From: Octopus vulgaris
Taxonomy: Eukaryota
Direction: 5' to 3'
Assembly: GCA_951406725.2 (NCBI GenBank)
Contig: OX597815.1
Coordinates: forward strand, 25,420,001 to 25,484,000
DNA: 64,000 bases
In this document: positions 1 to 11,830 of the stretch, piece by piece
Layout of the letters: every line of letters starts with the position of its first letter
Numbering within the stretch: position 1 is the stretch's first letter
Notes under the pieces: model-generated
Told to the model about the DNA's origin: nothing
Databases searched by the model: none
What the model saw: the letters and a program-made list of their open reading frames with translations, nothing else
Translations under genes and position numbers: made by a program

Positions 1-151
1 AAATTCCGCCGAGGTCGACTTTGCCTTTCATCCTTTCGGGGTCGATAAATAAAGTACCAGTTTCGCACTGGGGTCTATGTAATCGACTTAATCCCTTTGT
101 CTGTCCTTGTTTGTCCCCTCTATGTTTAGCCCCTTGTGGGTAATAAAGAAA
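1..151 (+). mobile_element. tRNA-derived SINE family A (5' part outside window)
   Basis: Near-identical to the full copies at 30387-30609 and 34652-34879 (core gccgaggtcgactttgcctttcatcctttcggggtcg, tail tttagccccttgtggg..aataaagaaa). Confidence 0.85.
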
Positions 152-429
152 CATATATAACAATAAACGTGTAATCTTGCTACATTGATAGAAACCAATT
201 AATTACATTTGGTGCCATGTAAAAAGCACACATACTGGTGCCATAAAAGTACCTAGTATACTCTGTAAAGTGGTTGGCATCAGGAAGGGCATCCAGCCAT
301 AAAAACCATGCCAGATGGAAAACGGAAGTTAAATGATGATGATGATTTACTATCATAAATTGATCACTGACAGTTTTTATCAATGATTGGAAATGAATGA
401 CTGATTTAGCTATAGATTCAGAAAGAATG

Positions 430-923
430 ATTTTCTATCATTCCTTAGAGCATAGGCGAGAAAGATATGCCATAATATACATCTGGAAGATCCTAGAAGG
501 ACTTGTCCCAAACTTTGGCATCGAGAGTTACACAAATGCTAGAACTGGGCGCCACTGCATAGTGCCAAGGACTCCAAATTTGCCATCAAGATGTAGGACA
601 AGATACTGTGATAGCCTGGGCTTCAGAGGCCCACAGCTCTTCAATATTCTCATGAAGAACCTGAGAGACATGCATAGGGTCGATGCAGATGTCTTTAAAA
701 TAAAACTGGATCTCTTTTTGCCAGGTGTCCCAGATGAACCAACTTCATGGCAGGTGGTGCAGATGAGGGCAGCTGCATTGAACTCTCTCATGCACCAAAT
801 GGCAATTGCTAAACAGCATTTGTGAACTAAAATCATGTAGCAACACCAAATGGCGGTGCCCCAGCATGGCCACATCTCCTGAGCTGAAACTAGATAAAAT
901 AAATAAAAAAATAAATAAATAAA
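430..923 (+). mobile_element. 5'-truncated CR1/L2-group LINE 3' end
   Basis: ORF 397-825 SLEHRRERYAIIYIWKILEGLVPN...FRGPQLFNIL...FKIKLDLFL..VPDEP resembles the C-terminus of CR1/L2-group ORF2; ends in an (AAAT)n tail. Confidence 0.75.
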
Positions 924-1214
924 ATATTGTTTTATTGCAAGGACAAGTGTTTCTCAAAAAACTAGGAGTGTGTGTGCATGCATATTTTTGAAGTTTTGAG
1001 AGAAGAGAGGATCCCTCTATTTCTTATGTTATTTTTTCCATTATACCTTACAACCTAATAAATAACAAGACTTTGTGAATAAAAAGAAAAAGAAGTTGAG
1101 CCTGTTTTAATTTAAACATCAATTCTTATTTTCTAAAATGATTTGTCTGTTGTACTCTTACACAAACAATATGTTCAATGTGACATAAGGATCTTGATTA
1201 GAAAATACAAGTAG

Positions 1215-1486
1215 ATCTCCATGTGTCTAACACACGGGGACATGCCTACAAAGTCAGAAAACAACACAGCTCCCATGACTTTCGGAAACATTTTTTCACG
1301 CTCAGAGTTGCTGAAGCATGGAATAAACTGCCTGCGTCAGTTGTTGACTGCCATGACACTGCATCCTTTAAGGCCCTCATGCTTTCCGAAATCCGCCAAA
1401 ACTACACCTGATTATATATACACTTTAGATGAGTTGTAGTGCACCTGAGCACTGTACACAATGTTTTATTATATTATTATTATTAT
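1215..1486 (+). mobile_element. CR1 LINE 3' end fragment
   Basis: NTRGHAYKVRKQH...RKHFFTLRVAEAWNKLP..VV....SFK is the typical CR1 ORF2 terminus; followed by an (ATT)n tail. Confidence 0.8.
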
Positions 1487-2089
1487 GTTGCTATCTTGAT
1501 CCAGTTGGCATATGATCAAGCATGCAACATCTGTGGCCCTCGTGTTCTTTCTTTTTTTATATGGCAGGTGTGTTTTGAAGAAGATTTGGCAACTATTTCT
1601 GGCAGGACAAACTTTTAGCAGTAGATGCCATAATTTGACTGCGAAATTTGTGCCTTAATAAGGAGCAAAGAACTTGATTTATGGACCACTTTAATTCATT
1701 GAAATATTTAACATTTACAACTACATGGCCCATTCTTTTATTAACAAAAAAAATATTGTTTTAAGAGTGTTATAGTTTGCTTGAAGCATTGTAATGTAGA
1801 AGTAGAAAAATGAATGAATTGAGAAATCAAGAAAGCTTCTAACGATGCAGAAAGTTTAAAAAGAACCTTTATAGTTCAGGTGCAAAGGCCTATCTTTAGA
1901 AGAATACCGTCAAAGAAATGTGTATTTACATAGATCCTGCCATTTTGGAGAGTCTGGTGCTTTGGCTTGTAGTTGCAGTGCCCCAAATACTGGTGTAGTT
2001 GGTGCTGTAGAGGTCGCATTGAGGACAGTGAAGACTGGCTTTAGGTTAGCAGCAGTGGTGGGGAAGGTTGTTGTCCATGGCGGTGAGTG

Positions 2090-2350
2090 CTGTGGAGATT
2101 ATTCACTCAAAGATGACCAGCATTCTGGTTGACCTACTGAAGTTGATGATGACCAAATCAAAGCCATAGAATGTCTTGGACATTTAAGAAGCACAATATT
2201 TGGGTTACACATAAATTGAAAGAGAGTCACTTAACACAATGAATCAATATTTGCAATATGCATCTCAATTGCAATGAAATCAACCTTTTTTTGAAACGAA
2301 TCATCACTGGTGATGAAAAATGGATTGTCTACAATAACATCAATCAAAAG
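2090..2350 (+). mobile_element. decayed mariner transposase fragment
   Basis: Translates to DYSLKDDQHSG*PTEVDDDQIKAI, WVTHKL (WVPHEL motif) and FLKRIITGDEKWIVYNN (first catalytic Asp). Confidence 0.8.
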
Positions 2351-2454
2351 CTAGTAGAAAATTTGTTGATAGAAAATTACAACAAATATCACCAGTTGAA
2401 GCTCAATCAGAAACGGTAGCATCACATTCTGTAGCTCAGTGTAGCTTTTTTGTA

Positions 2455-2470
2455 AACATATGCATACATG

Positions 2471-2502
<32 letters not shown>

Positions 2503-2622
2503 CATACATGCATGCATGCATGCATACATACATACATACATGCATGCATGCATACATACATACATACATACATACATGCATGCATGCATGCATGCATACA
2601 TACAGACAGACAGACAGACAGA
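2455..2622. repeat. compound (CATA)n/(TGCA)n/(CAGA)n microsatellite
   Basis: Directly visible; explains spurious ORFs 2351-2660. Confidence 0.95.
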
Positions 2623-2785
2623 CAACTATGTTAACAGATAGTTGGCAAATAGAACGCTGAGATTAATGAAATGAACTCTGTGTGTATGGGGGGAGCACAC
2701 TTCTGTGTGTGATGAAGTGACAGATCCTGTCATTATGACAATTAACTGCTCTAATTAAACTTTGTATTTTTATTTATTTGCATAG

Positions 2786-2876
2786 GTTCTGCTCAACAGA
2801 AAGAACTGGTAATTGGAGGTGAAGCATGTATGTGGGGAGAATATGTTGATGGTACCAACCTTACTCCCAGACTTTG
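2786..2876 (+). CDS. HEXB: beta-hexosaminidase (GH20, HEXA/HEXB-like), third-to-last coding exon
   Basis: ag|..|gt exon encoding (G)[29 protein letters not shown](W); [12 protein letters not shown] is the GH20 HexA/B hallmark. Upstream exons lie outside the window, and A vs B orthology cannot be resolved. Confidence 0.93.
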
Positions 2877-2969
2877 GTAGGTATTGAATCTATTTCTTTT
2901 TGTCACTGTCATCTCTGACATTGTCGTTATGGTTTAGGGTTAGGATATTTTGGATTATATTTTGTGATA

Positions 2970-3531
2970 GTCAACCCCCTTTGCTTGTGAAGACATGTTG
3001 GGGCAAGCGAAATCGAAATCGAATTGAACCAGCCAGTATCCCTGGTCTGGTGGTACGTAAAAAGCACTATCCGACTCGTGGCCGTGGCACGTAAAATACT
3101 CCAATGCGACCGTACGACAGGCACCCATGCCAACCCCCTTTGCTTGTGAAGACATGTTGGGGCAAGCGAAATCGAAATCGAATTGAACCAGCCAGGATCC
3201 CTGGTCTGGTGGTACGTAAAAAGCACTATCCGACTCGTGGCCGATGCCAGCACCGCCTCGACTGGCTTCCGTGCCAGTGGCACATAAAATACACCAATCT
3301 GACCGTGGCCGTTGCCAGCCTCGCCTGGCACCTGTGCAGGTGGCACGTAAAAAGCACCCACTACACTCACGGAGTGGTTGGCGTTAGGAAGGGCATCCAG
3401 CTGTAGAAACATTGCCAGATTAGACTGGAGCCTGGTGCAGCCTTCTGGCTTCCCAGAACCCCGGTCGAACCGTCCAACCCATGCTAGCATGGAGAACGGA
3501 CGTTAAACGATGATGATGATGATGATGATGA
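2970..3531 (+). mobile_element. (GAT)n-tailed SINE-like family C with internal tandem modules
   Basis: Conserved ggcgttaggaagggcatccagctgtagaaa...catgctagcatgg..cggacgttaaac(gat)n end. Further copies at ~235-350(+), 4408-4610(-), 4790-5123(+), 29902-30100(-), 35232-35450(-), 39330-39630(+), 40125-40258(+), 48800-48918(+), 59695-59930(-), 62455-62650(-). Confidence 0.8.
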
Positions 3532-5270
3532 ATAGTGCAGATGTGAACAGCTGCAGTAATGTACAAATGTCTGGAAAGCGAACAATGTATGAGTCAGATA
3601 CATGCTTGTGTGTGTATGGAGGGGAGAAAATCAGGTGTAATGTATAAAACAGGATACCAAACTCTGGATAGACTAGAGTGTGAAGTACAAGCCAAATAAT
3701 AGAAAAAATTACCAGAAACCAAGTGTGGTATTTTAAGCTTTATAGGACATACACACATTTCAGTAACATGTTGGAATAATTGCATAACAATGGTAGAAAC
3801 ATTATGCATCTCAGCTATACCCTGATTACCTCTCTTCTAAAATGGGAGTAACTATGTAGCTCCCTTCCCACAAGAAATCTATTCTGCTCTGGTCCCTTAT
3901 AATTTAACCCCTCATCTCCTAGCTTAAAGCTGCCTCTCTTAAGGTTCATAGTCTTTCAAGGTGCATGGTGACCTTCTTGTGTTAGTGAGACAAAAAAGCA
4001 TCAAGTACATGCTGAAAAGTGGTTAGCATTAGGAAGGGCTTCTTTTTTCACTGTTCAGAACTATTACCCCTTGATATCCAGCCTTCGTTCTTATACTATT
4101 TACTTGACCTACATGTAAATAGTATAAAGCCACCCATTCACTAAAATATGCCCCTTTCTCACCATCATACATCTCTTACTCTCTCTACACATTATGCCAG
4201 CCTAGTTTGCATAAAGGAGCACATCCAGTTATAGAAACCATGCCAAAGTTGACAATGGAACCAGAATGTTCGATGATGAAAATGATGTATACATACATGC
4301 ATACAGTTTTGAATGTAAATGGAAATATAATTTGTTTACAAGCACTTAACCATATTGACATACACTACCATGCATTGATGTGTACTGCTTACACAAAAAT
4401 ATATAAATCATCATCATCGTCATCATTTTAACATCTATTTTCTCTGCTAGCATAGGTTGGACAGTTTGACAGCATTCAACAGATTGGAAGGCCATGCCTT
4501 ACAGCAATGTCTCCTGTTTTACCTGGTTTCTATAGCCAGGTGCCCTTCTTAACACCATCCACTTCATAGAGTGTACTGAGTGCATGTTTTGTGGCACCAG
4601 TATTCTAGATGTTGGCTTGCCATGAGTAACCCTAAAGCGCTCTCTCAGGGCTTGCATTGTCACTGCTTGAATCAGTTACTACAAATGCATATGCACATAT
4701 ATTCTTGGCATATAACTCGCATATATCTTTGGCACTGATACCTAACTATTATGAATTAAATCTTTGCTGGAGTTAATTTTACTTTTCATCGGCTTCTGTG
4801 CCAGTGGCACGTAAAAAGCACCAAACTGATCGTGGACGTTTGCCAGCCTCCCCTGGCACCTGTGCTGGTGGCACGTAAAAAGCACCATCCGATCGTGGCC
4901 GCTGCCAGCCTCCCCTGGCACCTGTGCTGGTGGCATGTAAAAAGCACCCACTACACTCACAGAGTGGTTGGCATTACGAAGGGCATCCAGCTGTAGAAAC
5001 ATTGCCTGATCAGACTGGAGCCTGGTGCAGCCTCCTGGCTTCCCAGACCCCGGTCGAACCGTCCAACCCATGCTAGCATGGAAAACAGAAGTTAAACGAT
5101 GATGATGATGATGATGATGATGACCTGTTCCAGATTGTTTTGTCTGTAACTAATATTGTTTACTTGCTTCTAATGTTTTTTTTGTTCTTTTCCATATCAA
5201 CTGAAGAAAACATACTCTCTTGGAATTTTCTGTATATATGAGTTAGTACTTTTTTTTTAATCTTTTACAG

Positions 5271-5375
5271 GCCAAGAGCATCAGCTGTTGCTGAACGTTT
5301 ATGGAGTGATGCTAGTGTAAAAAATATAGCTTCTGCAGAGACTCGCTTAGAATTTCATAGATGTCGGCTTTTAAA
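5271..5375 (+). CDS. HEXB: beta-hexosaminidase, penultimate coding exon
   Basis: ttttacag|G CCA AGA..TTA AA|gtaag; (W)[34 protein letters not shown](K); phase matches both neighbouring exons. Confidence 0.95.
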
Positions 5376-6032
5376 GTAAGAATTACTGTTTTAATACTTA
5401 TCTTTTCTTGAATTTAAATTTGCTTCATACACAAATTAAGTATGAATTAACATTAGCATATAATAAAAAAAAAAGCCTTAAAGATAGCTTGGAAATAATA
5501 CTTCAACTACCATCACCTATACCCCAACCATACCACACAACGTTCTTCATTAAGTTATTTATATATAACCTTGTGGGAATGTGTCTAAGTTAATCAGGGC
5601 TTACCAAGGACCTCATTGCCAATGTGGTTGTATAGTCCTAGTTAGTCCTTATCAACTCAACTCTCTATGACACAGTACCATCTATCTGTCTCTCTGTCTG
5701 TCAATGAATGAATAAAATACCATAAAGAGATATTGTTAATTATTGTCAGTATAGATGGGCACAGTGTAACTTAGGAATGTTTCTTTACTTTTTTTCTCTT
5801 GAACTCAAATTCTTTCATGCACAACACTTTCAAATGATTAGCATCTTTTTATCTTCTTAACATTTAGAAAACTGGGATTAGCTCCTGTACACTATGACAC
5901 CTAGTAAAAACCATGAGACAGAGATATTGTTATCTAAACAATAGTTAAGCATATATTCTTTTTATCTTAAGAGTAAAACAGGAATGTGTTGCTTTCAGTC
6001 CCCTCTTCTGTACTGTACATACTAAAACTGAA

Positions 6033-6418
6033 GTGGAGGCGCAATGGCCCAGTGGTTAGGGCAGCGGACTCGCGGTCATAGGATCGCGGTTTCGATTCCC
6101 AGACCGGGCGTTGTGAGTGTTTATTGAGCGAAAACACCTAAAGCTCCACGAGGCTCCGGCAGGGGATGGTGGTGATCCCTGCTGTACTCTTTCACCACAA
6201 CTTTCTCTCACTCTTACTTCCTGTTTCTGTTGTACCTGTATTTCAAAGGGCCGGCCTTGTCACTCTCTGTGTCACGCTGAATATCCCCGAGAACTACGTT
6301 AAGGGTACACGTATCTGTGGAGTGCTCAGCCACTTACACGTTAATTTCACGAGCAGGCTGTTCCGTTGATTCAGAACAACCGGAACCCTCGTCGTCGTAA
6401 CCGACGGAGTGCTTCCAA
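6033..6418 (+). mobile_element. full-length tRNA-derived SINE with 11-bp TSD
   Basis: Pol III A box TGGCCCAGTGG and B box GGTTTCGATTCCC; TSD ACTAAAACTGA at 6021-6031 and 6419-6429; CpGs retained, so probably young. Confidence 0.85.
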
Positions 6419-7170
6419 ACTAAAACTGATCATCTTGGGTACCCTACACCTGAATATAAATGAAACTGTTGTTAAATTTAGAGTTCTTTTCAGGAAAATA
6501 TATTTTAAAGTACAGTAGAAATTCAAAAGGCACAGTTCACATATATTACAAATTGGGCTTATGAAGTAGATTTGTAATTATATATCTTCAGAATCTAAGT
6601 AACTGAAATAAAATAATTTTTAAGGTCAAATAAAAAACCAAGTAGCTGACTCATGACCCTTTTGGGGATGAAACTAGCTGGAGTAATTTCAGAATCTCAA
6701 AAAACTTCTAACTATAGTCTAGGTTAGCAACAATAGCAATAGTAAAGAAGAGTTTGTTCTGTTGCCACGAGAAGTGAGGAAAGCTAAGATTTCAAACCAT
6801 GGCTTTTCAGCCAAACGTAGTGTTCAAGTAACGGCTGGGCAGAAATCAAAAAAGGAAAGAATAGGTTATTTGGTAGGACAGAAAGTGGATGTAGAGGTAT
6901 TTGCAGTGAAAGAGAAATGTTGTGGGTGGGAAATACGATTTAAAAATCTAACTGGTCCAGCTTCTAAACAATGATGCCACTTGAACAAAATATTCAGTCT
7001 TTTGTATATGTTTTGGCATGTTTCAACTTAAGTAATAATTCCTCATGCTTTCGATACAACTTTTTCTCTCAGATTTCGTAAATATCCTAATTCAATTTAA
7101 TGAATTTCTTGTTTAAAACATCAAAATAAAGTTAATGCTTTTTTATAATATTGTTTTTATTTTATTTTAG

Positions 7171-7225
7171 GCGTGGTGTTCCAGCTGAACCTTTGGGTCC
7201 AGGTTACTGCCCTAAAGAAATGTAG
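7171..7225 (+). CDS. HEXB: beta-hexosaminidase, last coding exon
   Basis: ttttag|G CGT GGT..ATG TAG; (K)RGVPAEPLGPGYCPKEM*, matching the RG..A.P...GYC terminus of HexA/B; AATAAA downstream at 7755-7760. Confidence 0.93.
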
Positions 7226-7944
7226 AACATTTATTGACAATATCTAATGGATAACTTTTGATACTTTACTCTTCAACACTTTACTCTTATAAGAATGAAA
7301 AACAAATAGAACAAAAGTATTTTGATTAATTTAAGTCGGTTTCAAGTTGATGCAAGTTGATGCAAGTTTACTATAGGGAAACACATGTTCATCACATTTA
7401 TTTTCCATTTCTCTAAAATATAATGACTTTATGAATTGGCAATGAGAAACCAATATTTGTTTGACTCAAAGAAGACAACACTTGTATTGAAACATTGACT
7501 CTATATCATTCCTATGTAAGATTTAAAACTTATCAAGAAGTGTTTTATTTGTCTTACAAGCAAAATACTCCTTGTCTCTGATTTTTCAGTCAGTTCCAAA
7601 TGATATTAAAATAAATTGGAAATCTGTCAAACACCACCAACACTGTTTAGATTCTCATGGAAATTATATATTACAATACTTTAAATGATTCCTATTCAAT
7701 TTTTTCCCATTTTTTTATTTTGTTTTCTGAAGATTTTAAATTCAAATTAATGAAAATAAATGTTAATTCATTAAAACATTTTAAGAAGAAACAGTTAGAA
7801 AGATTGTTTTGAATTGAAATTTTTACTTGAATCAAAGTTCAGTTTTAAAAAACAAATGTTTTTCTTGATTTGAATGAAATTTTCGTATGGAATTTCAATT
7901 TAAGTTTGTAAAAATGGAAAAAAAGGAAAAATTTTTGATAAATA

Positions 7945-9050
7945 AATCTTATTTACTAGGGTCTTAAAGTTAACTTAGCAAAAAACCCAAGGTCCTAGTA
8001 AACAAGAAATCAAACAGGATTTACCCACCATTTCAGGTAAATGGCCCTGTTCAATATGTAGAAAAGTTGTAGGCAGGAACTCCATTTGGTGTACCCAGTG
8101 CAAGTGATGGAAACACAAAAGATGCAGGGGAATAATAGGAAGATTAACAAAGAAAGTAGTATTTGTATGTGGAAGACATACAGGAACCATAAGGACTACA
8201 GATGCACAGAATACTGATTTCCTCAAATGTCCTTGAGGTTCTCGAAGTAGTAGATAATTCATGTTACCTAGGTGACCTAATTAGCAGTGGAGGAAGATGT
8301 ACTGAAAGTGTAATTGCTAGAATAAGATTAGGATGGAGAAAGCTCAGAGAGCTTTTACCACTGTTAGCAACTAAAGGTCTCTCTCTCTCTCTAAGTGAAA
8401 GGAAGATTGTATGGTGCATGTGAACAGACAGCAAAGTTACACGGTAGTGAGACATGGGCCCTGAATGCAGAGAGCATGCAAATATTAGAAAGAAAGGAAG
8501 CTGGTATACTCCACTGGGTGTGGAACAGAGTGCTAGTGTATTGAGAGAAAAGTTAGGCATAAGAGGAATTAGATGTAGACTCTGCTGGTTTGGCCGTGTG
8601 ATGCAGATGGATGAGGATAGTTGCATAAAGAAATGGCAATCACTTAAAGTGGAGGGAAGCTGAGGAGGAAGGAGACCCAGGAAAACATAGGATGAAGTAT
8701 TGAAGGCCAATCTCAAAACACTGAGCCTTACAAATACAAAGAAGATGACAAAGGACTGGGGTACATGACGCCTTGTACTCAAGACTCACCCACTACAGCA
8801 GAATTAATATCCTAATGGAATTGGTATCCCAGAACCACCTTGGTAATGCTTGTCAACCTCCTCCCCACTGCCCATATTTCATTCCTTAACATCCATCGCT
8901 TCCTCTAACATCCAAGAGCAGAATAGACACATTCTACACTCCCTGGCTTTCTCAAACACCTTTACTCCCCCACTCCAGTTGCCTTCCTCCCTTGCCTACT
9001 GTTTCATCGATTACCTTATTTCTGCACCTGCTGTCTATATGTTGAATAAA
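7945..9050 (+). mobile_element. decayed RTE-type LINE, 3' region
   Basis: Frames give SGKWPCSICRKVVGRNSIWCTQC, EVVDNSCYLGDLISSGG..ARIRLGWRKLRELLPLL, HGSETWAL and LREKLGIRGIR..WFGRV, with stops and frameshifts. Confidence 0.8.
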
Positions 9051-9133
9051 ATCAAAATTTTCTGATTCTCCTGAATTTTCTTTTACCCAAAGCCAGGAAC
9101 TTTTCAGCACCCCCTTACATTGTCTCAGTTTTA

Positions 9134-10024
9134 CAAAGTGGTATCAAAAAGTTCTTGGAATAGTTATGCTTAATAAAGAAAAACTTATTTACCTAACTTT
9201 TACCATCATCTCCTTCTCCTTCAAAATAATCACTTTGCACAGCAATACACCAGTCCCAGCATTCCTGACACTTTTGGAATCTGACCTGGAAGTCGTTTTC
9301 TGTAAGTGAGTCAAGGACCTTCCACAATTCACACTTGATCCTGACAACAGGGTTAAAATGGCAACTTTTGAGCTGCGTTTTCATCTTGTGGAAGAGATGG
9401 AAGTTTGCAGGTGCAGAAGCAACACCATGTCGTTTTCGGTGGAAACTCAAGAATGAGGAGAGCTTGGTGACAGTACATTGTCGTGAAGAATCCAAATTCT
9501 TTGTGCTCCACAGATCTGGTTGCTTTCATTGAATGTCCTCCCTCAAATGTTTCAAAACATTTGATTGTCCTCCGACAAATCCTCATGCACAAGCTGATGA
9601 ATTTTCTCCACATTTCCCGAGGTGATGCTCATGGCAGGTCTTCCAAATCAATCGTCATCTTCCAGGGATGTTCTGCTTTTGAAGCACCCATGTCACTTGA
9701 AACATTACATACAACCCGTTGCTTTATCCCTTTAAGCTTGCTGAAGCATGCTTAATGTTTCTGTAGCAGACTTCCCCAGTTTAACATAAAATTTCACATT
9801 GGCTCTTTGTTCCAATTTCCTGTCCATGACAAAAATTGCAGACTATAGCATACACATGATCACAAAAACACAAATTTCACAACTTGTGAAGTAAACACAG
9901 TGATGTCACTCAGTGCACTGCCTCATGAAGGTCACTGCTAGCACTCACTCACTATGCACAGTCATGTGCTGCCATCTGTTGGCATGCTACAGAATTAGTC
10001 CAGGAACTTTTTGGTACCACCTCA
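9134..10024 (-). mobile_element. internally deleted mariner transposon
   Basis: Imperfect ~30-bp TIRs (caaagtggtatcaaaaagttcttgga / tccaggaactttttggtaccacctca) flanked by TA; C-terminal transposase APANFHLFHKMK..WDWCIAVQSDYFEG in ORF 9193-9495. Confidence 0.85.
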
Positions 10025-10819
10025 TAGATTCTTGTTTGAAAGGAGCTGAAGGATGTTGGTATTAGTTAATTAAACTGACTCACTACATGACTGGTACTAG
10101 TTTTCATCAACTCAAGAAAGATGAGAGGCAAAACTGATCTTTGATTGATTTGAACTCAGAATGTATAAGGCCAAAATAAAGCATTTTGTATGATGCTCTA
10201 ACAATTCTGCCAATCCACTGTCTTTAGTGAACAGCTTATGTTTAATTTGAACATCTGTATGTCACTGTGAGAAATATCTCAGTGGAAAATTAATCCCCTC
10301 AGGTTGCTGTTTTGGAAATGGATTATTGATCAAAATATTTAATGCAGAATCTAGTTGATTAAACTTAGCTGAATGTTAATGGACCTGGCTGAATAGGTTA
10401 TAGTTTCTTAGTGTGAAGAGGCAGAAGCTATAAAAACAGTGGTACAATAGGTATACAAAAGAAACATGTTTGTGATTAAAGCATGTTGGTGAATAAATCT
10501 TTGAAAATCTATCTAATAGCCTTTTGTGAGAAAATATGCTGTGGGTCTTCAGTAAAGAAGACATATAACCACTTCATAAATTGTAGGATTACAATTGCCA
10601 TGATAGGGTTTGGGTTTCATTATGATAACCTATTGTTGTTTATGTGGTATGTTATTTTCATTTGGCTGCTTAGAATAAAGTAGTGGCATTTAAGTTTTCT
10701 CTCTGGTTTCTTAAGTGTGTTCATGTGAGGGTGGGGGTGTGTGGAGAAGGAAAGAGTATGTGGGTGTACACAAAGCACTATCAGAAAGCTTTTGAGTTGC
10801 TCATATTATGATTGAACTT

Positions 10820-11215
10820 TACTCTTTTATTTGTTTCAGTCATTTGACTGCGGCCATGCTGGAGCACCACCTTTAATCGAGCAACTCGACCCCGGGACTT
10901 ATTCTTTTGTAAGCCCAGTACTTATTCTATCGGTCTCTTTTGCCGAACCGCTAAGTGACAGAGACATAAACACACCAGCATCGGTTGTCAAGCAATGCTA
11001 GGGGACAAACACAGACACACAAACACACACACATATATATATACATATATACAACAGGCTTCTTTCAGTTTCCGTCTACCAAATGCACTCACAAGGCTTT
11101 GGTCGGCCTGAGGCTATAGTAGAAGACACTTGCCCAAGGTGCCACGCAGTGGGACTGAACCCAGAACCATGTGGTTGGTAAACAAGCTACTTACCACACA
11201 GCCACTCCTGCACCT
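10820..11215 (-). mobile_element. tRNA-headed CORE-type SINE family B
   Basis: Reverse strand reads ggagtggctgtgtggtaagtagcttg..ggttcagtcccactgcgtggcaccttgggcaagtgtct (A/B boxes plus CORE-like motif) with an internal (TG)n; near-identical copies at 45668-46052 and 61290-61688. Confidence 0.85.
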
Positions 11216-11459
11216 ATGATGATGATGTTGATTATGTATGTATGTACAACTGACGATCAATGGTGGCCAACCTACTGTGTCAATTTACAACTTGTCTTCA
11301 TGCTGTCTGCTTGTGTTCAGTTATTGGGCAAGTGTTAGAATATCTCTGATTTTTAGTAAGCCTAACAAATTCAAGTAATGTGTCCTCGTCAAATTTTAAT
11401 TGTAGCAAATCTGCTTCTAAGTCTCTCAAAGTACTTTGTCAGAATTTTAGTGACTATTC

Positions 11460-11830
11460 TTTATGTCTAATGTAGATCTCAATGTCACATGCATTTCAAA
11501 GTCAGTTGAGAGTCGCTGAAGGGCAACCAATTACTTGCAAAATTACAGAAAAAGTGGAAAAAAAAATGCATGAGAATTGTGACCCGACAATCTATCAACT
11601 CTCTTGCATGGTTAGAATCAATCAAGGAGTCTGCCTGAAGACACTCACTGAAATCTGAATATGCATCCTGTTGCTGTGAACTTTAAAGCATGTTCACCAG
11701 CCCTCAACACTGGATCAAAAGCACTAGTATTCTGATGTGCACTTTGAACTTTGTGAGAAGTCTAATGATGACACAACTTTCCTCTCTTGAATCATTGCTA
11801 GTAATGGAAGTTGGATCTATGGCTAAGAGT
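11460..11830 (+). mobile_element. highly decayed mariner transposase fragment
   Basis: Ends in DDTTFLS*IIASNGSWIYG, corresponding to DDPTFLSRIITGDESWIYGY; many indels. Confidence 0.55.

Noticed and set aside
2351-2660. ORFs rich in MHAC/MYVC/HTYI
   Set aside because: Translations of a tetranucleotide microsatellite.
2970-3400. Regularly spaced ~20-bp repeats resembling a CRISPR array
   Set aside because: Eukaryotic SINE-internal modules with related spacers; no cas genes.
6033-6110. tRNA-like sequence with A and B boxes
   Set aside because: Head of a TSD-flanked SINE, not a tRNA gene.
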